A stretch of 64,000 nucleotides of DNA from Octopus vulgaris. Taxonomy: Eukaryota. The stretch lies in NCBI GenBank assembly GCA_951406725.2, contig OX597829.1, forward strand, positions 35,526,001 through 35,590,000, written 5' to 3'. The notes under the pieces were generated by a model that saw only the letters and a program-made list of their open reading frames with translations, ran no database searches and had not been told where the DNA came from. The position numbers and the translations under genes were made by a program. Shown here in pieces: positions 13,896 through 27,789 of the stretch (its first letter is position 1; each line of letters starts with the position of its first letter).

Positions 13896-14362
13896 CATAT
13901 ATTCATATCTATATATGTATAAATATGTGTGTAAAGTAAAGCTATTTGCCAACATCATGTGGCAGTCCCGAAAGAACAATGTTACTGTTGTTTTAGCTGG
14001 GTTGTGTGTCTTTTAGCTGGTGTGTGTGTGTGTGTTTGGGTGTGCTCGCATGTATATATATGTATATACGATCATGTAGGTTTTATCCCAAGTTGTGGTA
14101 CACTGACAAGCCCCAAATTTGGGCGAAATAAATTTATCTGTATCTTCTTGCAGTTACTAGGACAACGAAAACATAAAAATCAGAATGAATTATATCTATT
14201 CGCATCATAAAATAGGTATATATATAAAAAAAGCCTCTCTGTCAGTGATTCTCTCCCATCGAGGGAAGTTTTCTCCTTCTCTTCAATTTCTCACCAAACC
14301 CTATTTCTTATTCTGAGGCCGACAACAACCACAGATGACAACAACGGCGGTCATCATTCAAA

Positions 14363-14401
<39 letters not shown>

Positions 14402-14514
14402 TAAACACACACATACACACACACACACTCAAGCACGCACATACACATACACACACACTCACGCACGCACATACACACACACATGCACACATACACACAC
14501 ACTTAAACACATAC

Positions 14515-14822
14515 ACTATGGGATGTCAAAAATGATCCTCCGCACTTTCGCCATAACATGTCTTTATTATCGACACACTGCCTTCTGTGCATGCTTATAG
14601 TTGGTACTATTGTGGTCACCTTATCGAAGTTTGAGCCTAATCACGCCATTTTTCTCTCTGGCATTTCAATGTAAGCATAGCTGCTCAACTTTTAATGTGC
14701 ACCAAAGAAGAACAAAGAGCAGTGATCCGATTTCTCTGGGAAAGGACGGTATGATCAACAATGCATGATACAGTGCTTTGCTGATCAATAAACTGAAGCC
14801 AGCAATTCGCACCAAACGTCGA
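14515..14822 (+). mobile_element. Mariner remnant (internally deleted)
   Basis: Translates to CTKEEQRAVIRFLW (mariner N-terminus) and KLKPAIRTKRR. Confidence 0.6.
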
Positions 14823-14994
14823 ACGAAAATCCTTCGATAAGACAAGTTACATTTTTATTTTAAAAAATATTGTTAAATGCTTTTCGATTATTTATAGTTA
14901 ATACACGTATTTTTTTATATACTTATTTGATAATCAGTATAAGCTAAGATAAGTACATTTATTCTATTATTATTTTATTATTATTTATTATTTT

Positions 14995-15114
14995 AGACCT
15001 GATGAGTGACTATATTTTTAAACAGAATTAATTTTAGATCGATTTAATTTTAAATGAAATTGATTTTATTATTATTATCTATTTGAAAATATAGCCATGA
15101 AACGCGCGTAGTCT
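14995..15114 (+). ncRNA. Type I hammerhead ribozyme, canonical core, ~90-nt stem II
   Basis: AGAC-CTGATGA-GTGACTATATTTT...AAAATATAGCCAT-GAAA-CGCGCG-TA-GTCT. Confidence 0.8.
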
Positions 15115-15267
15115 TTTTACTACTATTCACTATTTATTGTACTTTATTGACTTTTAGAAAAAGTTTTTTATAGTATATTTTGTCTATATGGTGTGACTAA
15201 CATCTTTCATTATTGAATTGTCTAATAGATGTTTTTTCTCTAAATTATATACATACATATATATATG

Positions 15268-15302
<35 letters not shown>

Positions 15303-15311
15303 GTATGTATG

Positions 15312-15355
<44 letters not shown>

Positions 15356-15360
15356 TTTTA

Positions 15361-16173
15361 TATGGGGCTAATGCAGTTTCGCACTTCTTGAAAAATGCAT
15401 TTAAAAATACTTTTTTCGGATTTCTACGTTTTAGATGTCGGAGATTACAAATATGCACAAAAAAGTAATAGCCCCTCCAAACCACCACTTCCCCTATTTA
15501 AGAATTTGAACTTTTTCAAAATATTTTTGTTCCCTATGTTTAGATGACGGAGATTCCGAATATGCAAAAACCCATGGCTCCAAACCTCTAAATTCAATAA
15601 ACATATAGATATTGTATGAAGAGATAGATATAAATGTCTTCCTGGGGGCTAAAAACAACAGTAACACCGTCTTTTATAGAACCGCTGCATTTAGTTGACA
15701 AATATATTTTAAGAATATACGGACAGGGATAAATAGATAAACAGATAAATACATAAATGGATGAAAACGTTCAAAATTTAAAATTGGGGGAGAGGGTGAA
15801 ATTTGAGCCCCCTATTAAACTTTATGACGTTAATTATTAAGCATCAATGTTTGTTTGTCATAAAATGTTGTATATTTAATTTACATTAAATTATTTACGA
15901 TTATTTAAGGCAAAGACAAGTAAAACACAAATTCTTTTCACTTTAATGTTTTTGTCTGTATTTAATTTCAATTTGCATATGTTCGTCAATTCGCTACAAT
16001 CTCTTTAAAGTAAACAAAAGAAAAAATTTTAATTGGGGCGGAGGTGTGAGTGGATGAAATAAAAAAAAATTCTTTTGCATATTCGTAATCTCCGGCATCT
16101 AAAAGATAGGAATCCGGAATTTAAAAAAAAAATACATATTTGAAGGAGAGGTGTGAAACTGCATTAGCCCATA
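15361..16173. mobile_element. MITE / non-autonomous DNA transposon with long imperfect TIRs
   Basis: Left TATGGGGCTAATGCAGTTTCGCAC vs right GTGTGAAACTGCATTAGCCCATA; subterminal TTTAGATGTCGGAGATTAC..ATATGCA motif mirrored at both ends; TA-rich flanks. Confidence 0.75.
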
Positions 16174-16519
16174 ATATATATATATATATATATATATATT
16201 ACACAGAAAGAGTTGACTTATGAGTTACACACAAACACTACTACGCCACACCTCTCCAAAAACATACAATAAAAAGCTCATACTGCAAACACCCAACAAA
16301 ATGAATAAAACTCACATGTGCCATAGAAGGTAGATACCCAACAGAACACAATCTGCGCTGCACAAACGACACACAATATAAAAATAATACAACAGAAGAC
16401 TCAAACCAAACCCCATAACAAAACGTACTGATGTACTGCAATATCTCCATCCCCCCACCAAAAAATGTAGCACACACAACCTCACCAGCAAAGAGGTGTA
16501 ACAAATGGGGCAATACAAA

Positions 16520-19500
16520 GTTGCTTGAAATTTCGAGATGTCGAAAAATAAAAGTGGTGATGACGATTGTGACGAACGTTATCTTACCTCAGTTTATGAG
16601 AAACAGGATTTTCCGAACCAACTTGAGAGTAACAGCAAAAATAAAGCTGAACCTTTAAGGGGAATCCCCTCGCTTGGCAGTGGTTCAGTAAAGATACAGA
16701 CTGACCACAGCTGTTATCCTAATACAGCATCAGCAGATAATAGAGCAATGAGGAGGAAGTGGACCAGCGACGAAAACAGGATAGTGATGTAGTCCTACTT
16801 AGAATGTGAACCTAAATGAAGGGGCTATAGAAAACGGATGTTAGCACTTTGGGTAGAGATTAGTTGATCACGCTAATGCAATTAGGAGTAGAAAGTAGAT
16901 GACAGAAGTGGAAGTAGAAGAGATCACAAGAGAACTGGAAAAGAAAGACCAGGCATGGAAAAGACAAACAACACCATAAGAGATATAGCTCAAACAAAGA
17001 AGTATCTAAAAGAAAAAATAATTATAGTGCTACCAATAAGGAAGCGACAACTGGCACCAATGACTTAAGTGATTTAAGTGAGGAAGATCAGAATATTTTA
17101 GATGAGTTGCAGGACGTAATGAATAAAGAAGTAAGGAAAAGATTGTCAGCATTAAAAGGGACCAACAAAAGGAAGCTGATAGAAAAGACTAGGAAAGTAG
17201 ATTATGTTATCAATAGGATAGATACTAAAAATATAGGGGACACTAACTTATTGATATATGCAGGAGTAGTAGTTTCTAGAAGATTAGATATCTTACAGGG
17301 AAAGATTGAAAAAGAGTAAATGTGGAAAAGGAGACTACAAAATAAAGTGAAGATTAAGACAAGATATCAGTAGAATAGAAGCCTGGAAAATAAACAATTT
17401 AGAAAACACAAGATGCAAATCTTATCTAAGAAAGATACTTAGTCAAAGAAATAGGATTTGGGACAGTAAATCTGGAAGAGTTGAAACAGTGTATCATGAC
17501 AGTAGCAGGCAAGCTCTTCAGATATCAGAAAAGAATAGATCAGTATCAACAGAATAGATTATTTGAGACAGATCAGAGGAGATTTTATAACCAGATAATG
17601 GTGGACAACGAAGTATTGAAGATGAGAAACTTAATGCAGAAGAAGCTAGAAAGTCCTGGAGTAATATTTGGGATAAGCTAGTAAATCATAATGGAGGGGC
17701 AATGTGATTAAAGAATGTGAGTGAAGAAGCAGATTGTGGATAGCAGCCAAATCTAAGTTTATCTAATGCATTAATGAGTAAGGCGTTAGGAAAAATGCCG
17801 AATTGGAAGGGCCCAGGACCAGATTTAGTTCAAAGGTACTAGCTTAAGAAATTTAGTCATTTACATGGGAAGCAGAGAGAACAACTTCAGGATTGTCTTC
17901 TTAATGGAGGAATAATAATAAATTGGATGACTAGAGGAAGGACAATATTCATTATGAAAGATAAGAGCAAGGGTAATACATCTACCAACTATAGAACAGT
18001 CACTTGCTTACCATTAGTGTGGAAGCTGATAATAGGAATGCTTTCAAAGCTCATTTAGGAGCACGTTGACAACAAGGATTTACTACCAAAAGAACAGAAA
18101 GGTTGCAGGAAGAAGCCTAGAAGAACGGATGATCTATTATTTATAGAGAAAGTAGTTCTATATGAAGTAAAAGCTCGAAAGAAAAATCTAACAATAACAT
18201 TAATAGATTATAGGAAAGTCTATGACAAGATCCCACACTCATGGATAAGCGCATGTTTAAGTATATTCAGTATAATATACAACATAAGAGAATTAATTAG
18301 CTGTAGCATGAAGAAATGGAAAGTAGATCTCTACTCAGTTGACCCACGCTTGGGGAAAGTTAATATCAAAAGAGGAATTTTCCAGGGGGATTCGTTATCT
18401 CCTTTAATATTTGTCTTATGTTTTATCCCCTTCAGTTTAGTATTAAGGCGGGGAAAAGGCAGGGTATCAGTTCAGGAATAATAATGGAAAAATAAATCTT
18501 TTGCTCTGCATGGATAATCTGAAGCTTTTTAGTAAGAGTGAAACCAGATACATTCTTTAATACAGACTATAAGACTATTCAGCAAAATACAGGTGTGAAA
18601 TTCAGCATAGATAAGTGCGCTATATTAGTCATGAGAAGGGGAGAGGTAGTCAAAAATGAAGGCATCCACATTAAAATCATTCAAGGGAGGAGAGAGTTAT
18701 AAGTATCTAGAAGTATCAGAATCTGATAGAGTACTAACTATAGAAATGAAAACGAAAATTGAGAAGGTGTACATGAGAAGGGGTGTGGAAGTTAAATAGT
18801 TTGAATCTAGTGAAGGCTGTAAATACTTGGACAGTATCATTACTTAAATATTCAGTAGCTTTTGTAGATTGGACAAAAGCTGAATTAGCAAAGCCAGGCA
18901 GAAGAATTAGAAAGGAATTCAATATGAATGGAGGACTCCACCCAAGGGCAGGAGTAGCAAGATTATACCTACTTACCTGAAGAAAGCTATTGGAGTCACA
19001 GTAAGAGATGGGGAAACCAAAACCGCAAACGTAGTTAAAAATCAGATAAAAGAACAAAAGTTATCTGACTGTCAGGAAAAGGCGTTGCATGGTAGGTTCA
19101 CAAAGATAGTTGCCGCAAATAGTAGTAGTAGTGAGACATGAATATGGTCGTAGAAAGGCAAGCTGAAAAGGGAGACAGAAAGTTTGTTAGTAGCTGCATA
19201 AGATCAAGCATTAAAGACTAATTGTATAAAAGCCATGATAGACAAAAACCAAGTAGATTCCAAATGTAGGTTATGCAAATCAAAAGAGGAAAGCATTACT
19301 CTTATAGTAAGTGAACGTAGCATTCTGGCACAGAGAGAATACAAGAAAATACCTAGGGAGAGTAATCCACTGAGAGCTAAGATCTGAGTAGACTAATAAA
19401 TTGTGTGAAGATGAACCTAGTAAAGTACTAGAAAGTAAGAAATACAAGATGTGGGACTTTAGTATTCAGATTGACAGAGTAATAATAGCTAGAAGGCCAG

Positions 19501-19919
19501 ATTTAGTAGTAGTAGATGAAGAGAATCGAAAGTGCCAGATAACTAACTTTACGGTCCCAAATGAATAAGTTAATACAAGAGGTATAGAAAACTAGCAAAG
19601 AACCAGGACCTAGATATTGAATAACAGAGGCTGTGAAAAGTGCAGGTAAAAATGTATCCCAGTAGTTATAGGTGCATTGGGAACTATCCCTAAAGATCTG
19701 AACAGATGGAGAGGAAATAGGCATAAAATTCAGTTTAGTATAATTCCAGAAAACAGTGTTATTAGAAATAGCTAGGATACTTCAGAGGGTTCTTAGCATC
19801 TAAGATGACACCAAGAACCCTCCAATAGGAAGGTTCTTGTAATCAATGGCTACTTGCTATAGCCCGATGTTAGGATTCTTTTTCTTTTGCAACAGTGTAA
19901 TCTGTTGAGCATATGTGAA

Positions 19920-19920
<1 letters not shown>
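16520..19920 (+). mobile_element. R4/Dong-like non-LTR retrotransposon (RT + restriction-like endonuclease), near full length, heavily degenerate
   Basis: ATG at 16538; N-terminal RRKWTSDENRIVM; RT motifs PNWKGPGPD, EQKGCR, DYRKVYDKIPHSW, GIFQGDSLSPLIF; C-terminal CRLC and ARRPDLVV; ORF end near 19803; many stops and frameshifts. Confidence 0.85.
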
Positions 19921-19959
<39 letters not shown>

Positions 19960-20020
19960 GCAGCAACAACAACAACAACAACATCAACAACGACAACGAC
20001 GACAACAATAACAGTAATAA

Positions 20021-20513
20021 ATGCCCTGATACAGTACCAAGCAGTGGCTCTCATGGCTTCTGTTCTTAACTGACTGGAAGTGTTATCATGCAAATTGTTT
20101 TGTCTTGGTAGAAAATACAGCAAATATTCTGCTCAGTACCACAGATTTGCTTGTCAGTTGTTTGACCTTAATCGGTTGAGCATGTCCCTTAGTGGTTGAC
20201 GATATGTGCATCTCTGATTGCGAACAGAAGTAGTTGGAGCGCAGCATAGCTATGTGTTGAGAGGAATTCTTTGGGGTTTGGATAATTCTTCTTTGGAAAT
20301 ATGGATGTTTCGTTCAGCATCCTTAAACAACCCTTATTCAGGGAACTTTTGAGTGAGATAGGCTAATCGATCGGAAGAAAATTCTAACCGGACCCCACCA
20401 GCAAGGTCATGCAAGGTCATTACCCTTATCAGACGGGTAATCATGATGGGTATACTGGGCTTCGTATACTTTACCCCAGTGTCACTTTGATGGCATGCAC
20501 TGCTCTTTTACTC
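20021..20513 (+). repeat. ~500-bp interspersed repeat with (TAA)n tail, copy 2
   Basis: Homologous to 3957-4484, with an internal deletion and a GCAAGGTCAT duplication at 20401-20420. Confidence 0.85.
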
Positions 20514-20586
<73 letters not shown>

Positions 20587-20621
20587 GTATATTTAACTGG
20601 AGATGATCATTATATATATAA

Positions 20622-20655
<34 letters not shown>

Positions 20656-20913
20656 ATCTATGCATATGTACGTATATCTATACAAATATATACATATATA
20701 TGTATATAAAGCTCATTATCAAAATGAAGGAAACAAAATGGAGAGTTATGTTAGTAATAATTATTAACAAATTGGTAATCTTTACTTCTTACCGCAGCTT
20801 CCATTAGTGCTCAATCGGTATAGTACAAATTTATGTTTTAAATTTACATTTATATGACATGAGTCTGCTTTCGTGAACGGAAGGGTCCACATATAATGTC
20901 TTAATGTATATCT

Positions 20914-21009
20914 TTCTCTGACGAAGTTATGTTCATAACATATAAATGCAAAGTTAAAATATGAATTTGTAATTTACCTGTTGAGCACTAATAGAAACGG
21001 CTGTAAGAA
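20914..21009 (+). ncRNA. Hammerhead-like motif (degenerate stem II base)
   Basis: TTCT-CTGACGA...GAAA-CGGCTG-TA-AGAA; a decayed inverted partner lies at ~20786-20880. Confidence 0.5.
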
Positions 21010-21215
21010 GTAAAGATTACCAATTTTTAATAATAAATAATTATTATTATCTTAACTCTCCATTTTCTCTCTTTCATTTAACTGAACATGAACCTTATTC
21101 TTAATACATACATAATAATTTAAAGAAATTTCCTTAACCAAATTTACTAGGTATACAATCAGTACTCCTTTGGACGCAACCATCCCTTTACGAGGTTAAC
21201 TTATCGTCTAAGCAA

Positions 21216-21288
<73 letters not shown>

Positions 21289-21529
21289 ATATATACATAT
21301 TTGTATGTATGTATGTATGTATGTATGTATGTATGTATGTATGTATGTATGTATGTATATGGATACAAAGACTTCACTGCAGAAAAAGTAAACAGGGAGC
21401 ACTCGGAACTGAAAATACAACGTCAATATATATTTATGTGCCGGAAGTTTTATGACACAATCAATTTAACGACCCTGGTCGTCAAACCAAACTAATTATT
21501 GAAAGCGGACAAAGCGTATATACATATAC

Positions 21530-21598
<69 letters not shown>

Positions 21599-21632
21599 CA
21601 TGTATATATATACACATATACACATACAGACG

Positions 21633-21704
<72 letters not shown>

Positions 21705-21945
21705 AATAGATAGACAGACAGTGCTGGATGTGTACATATATGTAATAAGTGTAGCATAAGTGCTATATACATACACATTTATATGCCTATATATATCCAC
21801 TAATTATCTTTTTATTAAGTCAACAATATCGCAATATCTATCTATCAGTCTCTTTACCTGTCTGCTGTTAAATGTATGTGTACATATTTATTTTTAGATG
21901 TATGCATATATTGTGTTTGTGTATGAATGTATGTGTGTAAGTGTG

Positions 21946-21991
<46 letters not shown>

Positions 21992-22677
21992 TATCCAGTA
22001 TCTTCATCTATATATACACACATACATATATACATGCATCTGCACATACTACTTTCTTTCTATATTTCAACAATATTTAATATGTGTACTTTGCATTGAT
22101 CTTGCGTTCACAAGAATCTGTTACAGTTTTCCTGATCTAATATATATTATATATTATAAGTTTTCTCTGTCAGCTTTTGCGATATAAATTATGTAGAGAA
22201 GAATCGCTAAACTTCTTGCATCCGTTTATACTTTCTAACTGTTTTTATTAATCCAGTTTTCCATATATAATTTTTCGCGGGAAAAATCAGTGATTCTCCT
22301 GATGTTTTTTCTCGGGCAATATTCCATTGTAGACGTATCAAAGAAAAATGAATAAAATATGAAATAATTACAACGCGTTCAGCTTGTCTAAATTACCTGA
22401 AAAACCATCAAAGATTTCGTCTTGTTATATATTTTTGTGTTTTAAAATTTTCTCTTTAGTTTTCCTTTCATATTTTGTCTCTTTCTTTCTTATTCTTTTG
22501 TTGGAAATTTACAAATCGCGAAGTTCTGTTGTTATTTCATGAATTAGTGATTACTTAAAAGGAAGATTTGTAATTTTGTTGTACAAAAATATATAAATAA
22601 ATACAAATAAACACAGACACACAGACACGCACACTGACACACACACAAACACACACACATATACAAACATATATATG

Positions 22678-22735
<58 letters not shown>

Positions 22736-23211
22736 TGACAATAATATTCATGATAAACAAATTGCTATAAAAAGCAAGAAAATAAAGAATAGAGAGAAAA
22801 AGATAAGAAAGGGCGTAAAAATAATACCAATAAGAAAATATGAGTGAAAAAAAGCTTGCAGGTAAGCAATATGGAAAATGATGTAGTAACCTAAATTTAT
22901 AATTCATATTTATACATTTGACAATGCCTCTTCAGAAAATTCTTAAAATAAGAATCAAATGGAAAATACAAATTAATACAAAAATAATATAATATACAAA
23001 TATAAAAACAAAATTTTTCTCTCATAAATATCTCTACTAAATAAATATATTCCACAATTGCTGGAAGATCCATATAAATGCACATAATAATAACAGAATA
23101 CATATACTTATTTGTGTGTGTATGTGCGTATGTGTGTATATGCGTGGTTGGATGTCTATATGTCTGAATGTGTTTATAGATATAAAGATAGCCACATCTT
23201 GATAGCTGTGC

Positions 23212-23300
<89 letters not shown>

Positions 23301-23609
23301 GTATATGTATATATATACATATATATATATGTATATATTGTATATACACACATATAATACATATGTGCGTATGTGTATTACACACACATACATTTAGCAC
23401 TAGTGCACATTTACATGTCAATCTTGTTGACGATTAGGTAAAATTTGGAGTAAAGATTATTTGCCAACATAACATGTCAGTCCTGATTTAGGACAAATGT
23501 TACTGTAATTTAACCCGAGAAGACATCGTCTCCAGCTGGCTATACGATACGATCTATATTTTCGAACAAGGGAATCTAGCACCACAACTCAGCTCAAAAC
23601 AATATCTGT

Positions 23610-24343
23610 GTATTTTTAAGAGTCTACCAAATCCGAATGCACCAGCAGGTAGCTCACCAGCGGTGCTGATGTTTGCAAGGAAAGTAAAGTCAGTTTTGGA
23701 TAAATTGCTACCTGGCTAGAAAAGAGAAAGCGCCAGGGAGGACATAGCAAGACTTTTTAAAGTTGGTGAAAAGGTGTATATGAGGGCATACAAGAATGGA
23801 AAGCTAGGTTGGGAAGAGGGTGAAATTACCAAATGCATAGGTAAAATGATGTTTTGAATAAAAAGTAGAAAAGCATACGGAAGAGACACAGGAACCAACT
23901 TAAAAAGAGATTCGTGGAAAGCGAACCAAAGAAATAGTTGTACGATACGTTCTAAGTACCAATGTCAGTGCAGGTGATTGAACCCAGGGGTACATTTAAA
24001 AAGAAAAGAAAACATGTAGACTTCCTGAAAATACATGCCAAGAGAAAAAATATCAAATTGTTCGACCCCCCTCAAAACAAGGAACTGGGGTGAATAAAAA
24101 TATTATTGCTAAATAAAATGACACTTCCTAAGAAAAACTTAAAAGAGGAGCTGTTGTAGGGAATTACTAATAATGATACACCCACCCACGTGACAAGTGG
24201 AATGATCCTATCACGATAAGTAAGGTGACGTCGGCCAGTATCGAGAGAATACGTAGAATGCTAAAGTACGTGTGGACTGAGTTGATAGTCGTGTCTGTGC
24301 TGATATAGTAATTATACTGTGATACTGAGTGGACACTATAACA
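23610..24343 (+). mobile_element. Gypsy LTR retrotransposon 3' end: integrase C-terminus, PPT and LTR
   Basis: PNPNAPAGSSPAVLMFARK and FKVGEKVYMRAY..WEEGEI..RHRNQLKKR; polypurine AAAAGAGGAG then LTR 24152-24343 bounded by TGTTGTAG...CTATAACA. Confidence 0.75.
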
Positions 24344-24860
24344 CACCAACCTTTTGAGGATAATAAGAATGTACGACTGGGGGTTCTGGTTAGAATTGTG
24401 AATTTTGGGGAGAGCATCGCGTTCATTCATACTGGTATTTTTAATTTTCAGCCATTCAATCATGATTTGATTTTTTAGATCATGTAGTTCTGTTGGGTCA
24501 ATTTCTTTATCTATTTAATTTTCATCTGCCTTAGTGTTCATGGTTGGTTCAGTGAGTATTTCACTTTGCATATCAGTTATATTAACTTTTTCAATCATGA
24601 TTGTATTTTCATCAGCCCTGAGCTGGTCTATAATTATTTCCTCTGTAGTATCTTCTTTAGCTGCAGCTTCGTTCCTTTTATCCCTTACTGCTTGTTTAAT
24701 TTGGTCAATCACTACTTCAGTTAGTAATATTTTTCATGTTTCTTCTGACATTGGCAAATTTGCTACTATGGTATATTCTATAGTGTTGGCATAGCTTGCA
24801 ATGTATATAAGGCCCAACTCTGTCGTGTCTGTGAATATGTTCCTTCTTAGCCAGGACTTA
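24344..24860 (-). mobile_element. Scrambled R4/Dong-like LINE fragments
   Basis: 24788-24858 matches 44143-44213 (LAKKEHIHRHDRVG); 24400-24710 resembles a Dong N-terminal linker (EWLKIKNTSMNERDALPKI). Confidence 0.55.
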
Positions 24861-24949
24861 GTTATAGTCGGTGAAGTCCGAAAATCCAGTAAGCTCATGA
24901 ATTTACGTATAATCTGGAGGAATGTAGTACGTTTCCCGCGAATTATAGA

Positions 24950-27680
24950 AGATACGAGGAAATTTTTCACAAGTGCAAGTCATGATCGCAAGAGCAGAAA
25001 TTAAGGTTTTTATTATGCAAGGTAGGTCTTGCGAACATGAACGATGCTACAACTTTATTCTGTCCCAAAAGTCGAGTGAGATTGGTTTCCAAGAAACCGT
25101 GGAACTGCTTTGAAAAATTTCTTTATTCAACACCAGAATGGAGTTTTGGAACTTAACAAAAAATTTGGAGAATGATTTTATTACCTACGCCAGAGTTGTC
25201 AACCGTATGTGCGAAAATTTCAAACTCCAGGATCTCACTCTGAATATGTTCAAATCACTTATCTTTGTGCAAGGACTTATAGCACCCGAAGATAGAGAAA
25301 TTCGGTCAAGGATTCTCTTGAAAATGGCGCAAGCGAACAAGGATGTATCTCTACAGACCATCGCAGAAGAATGTCGGACTCTGGTAAACTTTAAACATGA
25401 TGTGAAAAAAATACTAGATAAAAACTTTGCAAAAATTGAAATGTGTCGTCCCGGGAAGCACAAAAAATGCGTCAGGCCCCAATCCATATTATGGTTTTGG
25501 AAGCCTACACTATAAAAATTATTGTTCGTTTAATAAGAAAAATGCTATAGTTGCCAGAAGCTGGGACACAGGAATTTTCATTGTAGAACAAGACTACGAG
25601 GCTCAAACACAAAAAGTTTTAAGGTGTTTTCAGTGGGAAGTGATTGCAGCAGAAAAACAAGAAAATACGTGCACATAAAAATAAATGATGTAAATACCAA
25701 ATTACAGTTAGACACAGGTAGTGACATCTCAATCATAAATGCAGATACTTGAAAAAAAAGTGGTAAATCGAAATTACGTAAAACAGCAAAAATAGCCTAT
25801 GGTGTAAGGAGCGGTAAATTACACTTCATAGGCAAAACATGTATCGACGTCACATTTCAAGCAGAGACACGCGACGTAAAATCATTTGTTGTGGATAATA
25901 CTATCAATCTGTTTGGCTCAGATTGGTTAGAACTATTCAATTTATGGCACCTCCCCATAAATATCTATTGCCCCTTCAAAAACAAGTTTTCGGAAGAACT
26001 CAATAAAAAATTGAAAAAAAGATGTTCCCACAAGTGTTATTTAGGTCTATGTAGAAATAGGGAAGCCTATTTCCAAGTCAGTGAAAACGCTGACCCTGTA
26101 TTTAAAGCAACTGAAATCATAAATAAAGAGTTGGACAGACTCAATAAAAGTGGAATCATCAAAAAGGTGGATTACTCGATGTAGGCGACACCCACTGTAT
26201 GTATTAAAGAAAATAATAAGATTAAGGTGTGTGCCGATTTCTCTACAGGATTGAATGGCTGCTTAAAAACATGCCACCATCCACTCTCGCCTGTTGAGTA
26301 CATTTGTTCAAAGTTAAGTGGTGGAAATATTTTTTTTCCAAATTAGATCTGTCTGAAGCCTATTTACAGATAAAATGAAAAATGAAAAATGCTCAAATTA
26401 TTCGACAATAAATACACACAGAGGATTGTACAGATACACACGATTACCTTTTGGGATTAAAAGTGGCACCAGCAATATTCCAGCAAATCATGAGAACTAT
26501 ATTCTCTGATTGTGAATTTGCAATCCCGTACTTGGACGATATTTTGATCAAGGGTAATTCTCATGAACAGCATGTGGAACACATAAAAACCATGTTTAAG
26601 AAAATTAAAATTTTCAATGCGAATTCTTTCTACCCAAATTAAATATTTAGGGCAAATAATTGATAAAAGTGGTAGACACCCTGACTCGTCGAGGGCCTAC
26701 GCAAAGAGGAATATGTCTGCGCCGACAACTATTCCAACTTTACAAGTACTTCTTAGGCTGGCAAACTTCTACCAAAACAACATTTTTAATATGCACAAAT
26801 TAAGAGCTCCATTGAACGACTTATTAAAAAAAGAAGTAACGTGGAATTGGTCTACTTAATGCCAGAACATTTTTGATGAAATAGAAAAATTCTAATCTCA
26901 GACCTGTTGTTAGCACATTATGATCCCGAAATGGACATCATTGTATCATATGATGTTTCCGGGCACGGATTAGATGCAGTTCTAAAACCAGTGGTTCATG
27001 CTTCACGCTCACTAATAGCGGCAGAGAAGAGATATAGTCAAATTGAAAAGGAGGCCCTAGCAAATATTTTTGCAGTTAAAAATTTCACAGGTTTCTGCAT
27101 GGTAGAAGTTTTTTTATTGCAAACAAAGCATAACCTTTGCTGTCAATTTATGGGTCTAAAAAGGATTACCAACTTATACTGCAAACTGCTGGCAATGTTG
27201 GGGTGTAATATTACTAAATTATAATTTCAAAATGAAATACATTCCATCGAAAACCGTTGGTCATTCAGACTGCCTTTCAAGATAAATTCCAAAAAATATG
27301 GAACCACCATAAGAGACTGTTATAACCGCACATCAGACAGAAAGTGAAATTAAAAGTGTTATGACGAACGTTATCCAAGAACTACCAGTGACGGAACAGT
27401 ATACACGACTGAAAACTGCAGGTGATGAATATATTACGAAAATTAAAAAAACTTTAAAAAATAATCAGAATAAAAATTTAGAGACCAGTAATTTTTTAAT
27501 TTGTGACGATATTCTGATGTATGCCCAAAGAGTGGTGGTTCCAACTACATTACAGAAAGGTGTATTGCAACAATTTCACAGCAGACATCCAGGAATGGCA
27601 AGGATAAAGGCTCTGAAGAAGAGTTATGTCTATTGGTTGTTTATGGACCAAGATATTAAAAATTTGGTGAATTAACTGAG
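24950..27680 (+). mobile_element. Gypsy (Mag-like) gag-pol region, degenerate
   Basis: Gag with CYSCQKLGH knuckle; protease LDTGSDISII; RT VCADFSTGLN, APAIFQQIM, YLDDIL; RNase H YSQIEKEALA; integrase zinc finger HSRHPGMARIKAL..YVYW. Confidence 0.9.
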
Positions 27681-27789
27681 GAAGCCTTTTATTCCCGATC
27701 GCGGTGATTTTTGATTGAAAATTGAATTTACCATGCAGAGAGTTACTACAAACAACATGGCTGGACACAACATCAACAACAACACAACC

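Noticed and set aside
20040-20085. HDV-like ribozyme at the 5' end of the 500-bp repeat
   Set aside because: A P3/L3-like GGC-TCTCATG-GCT is present, but P1, P1.1 and J4/2 could not be assigned.
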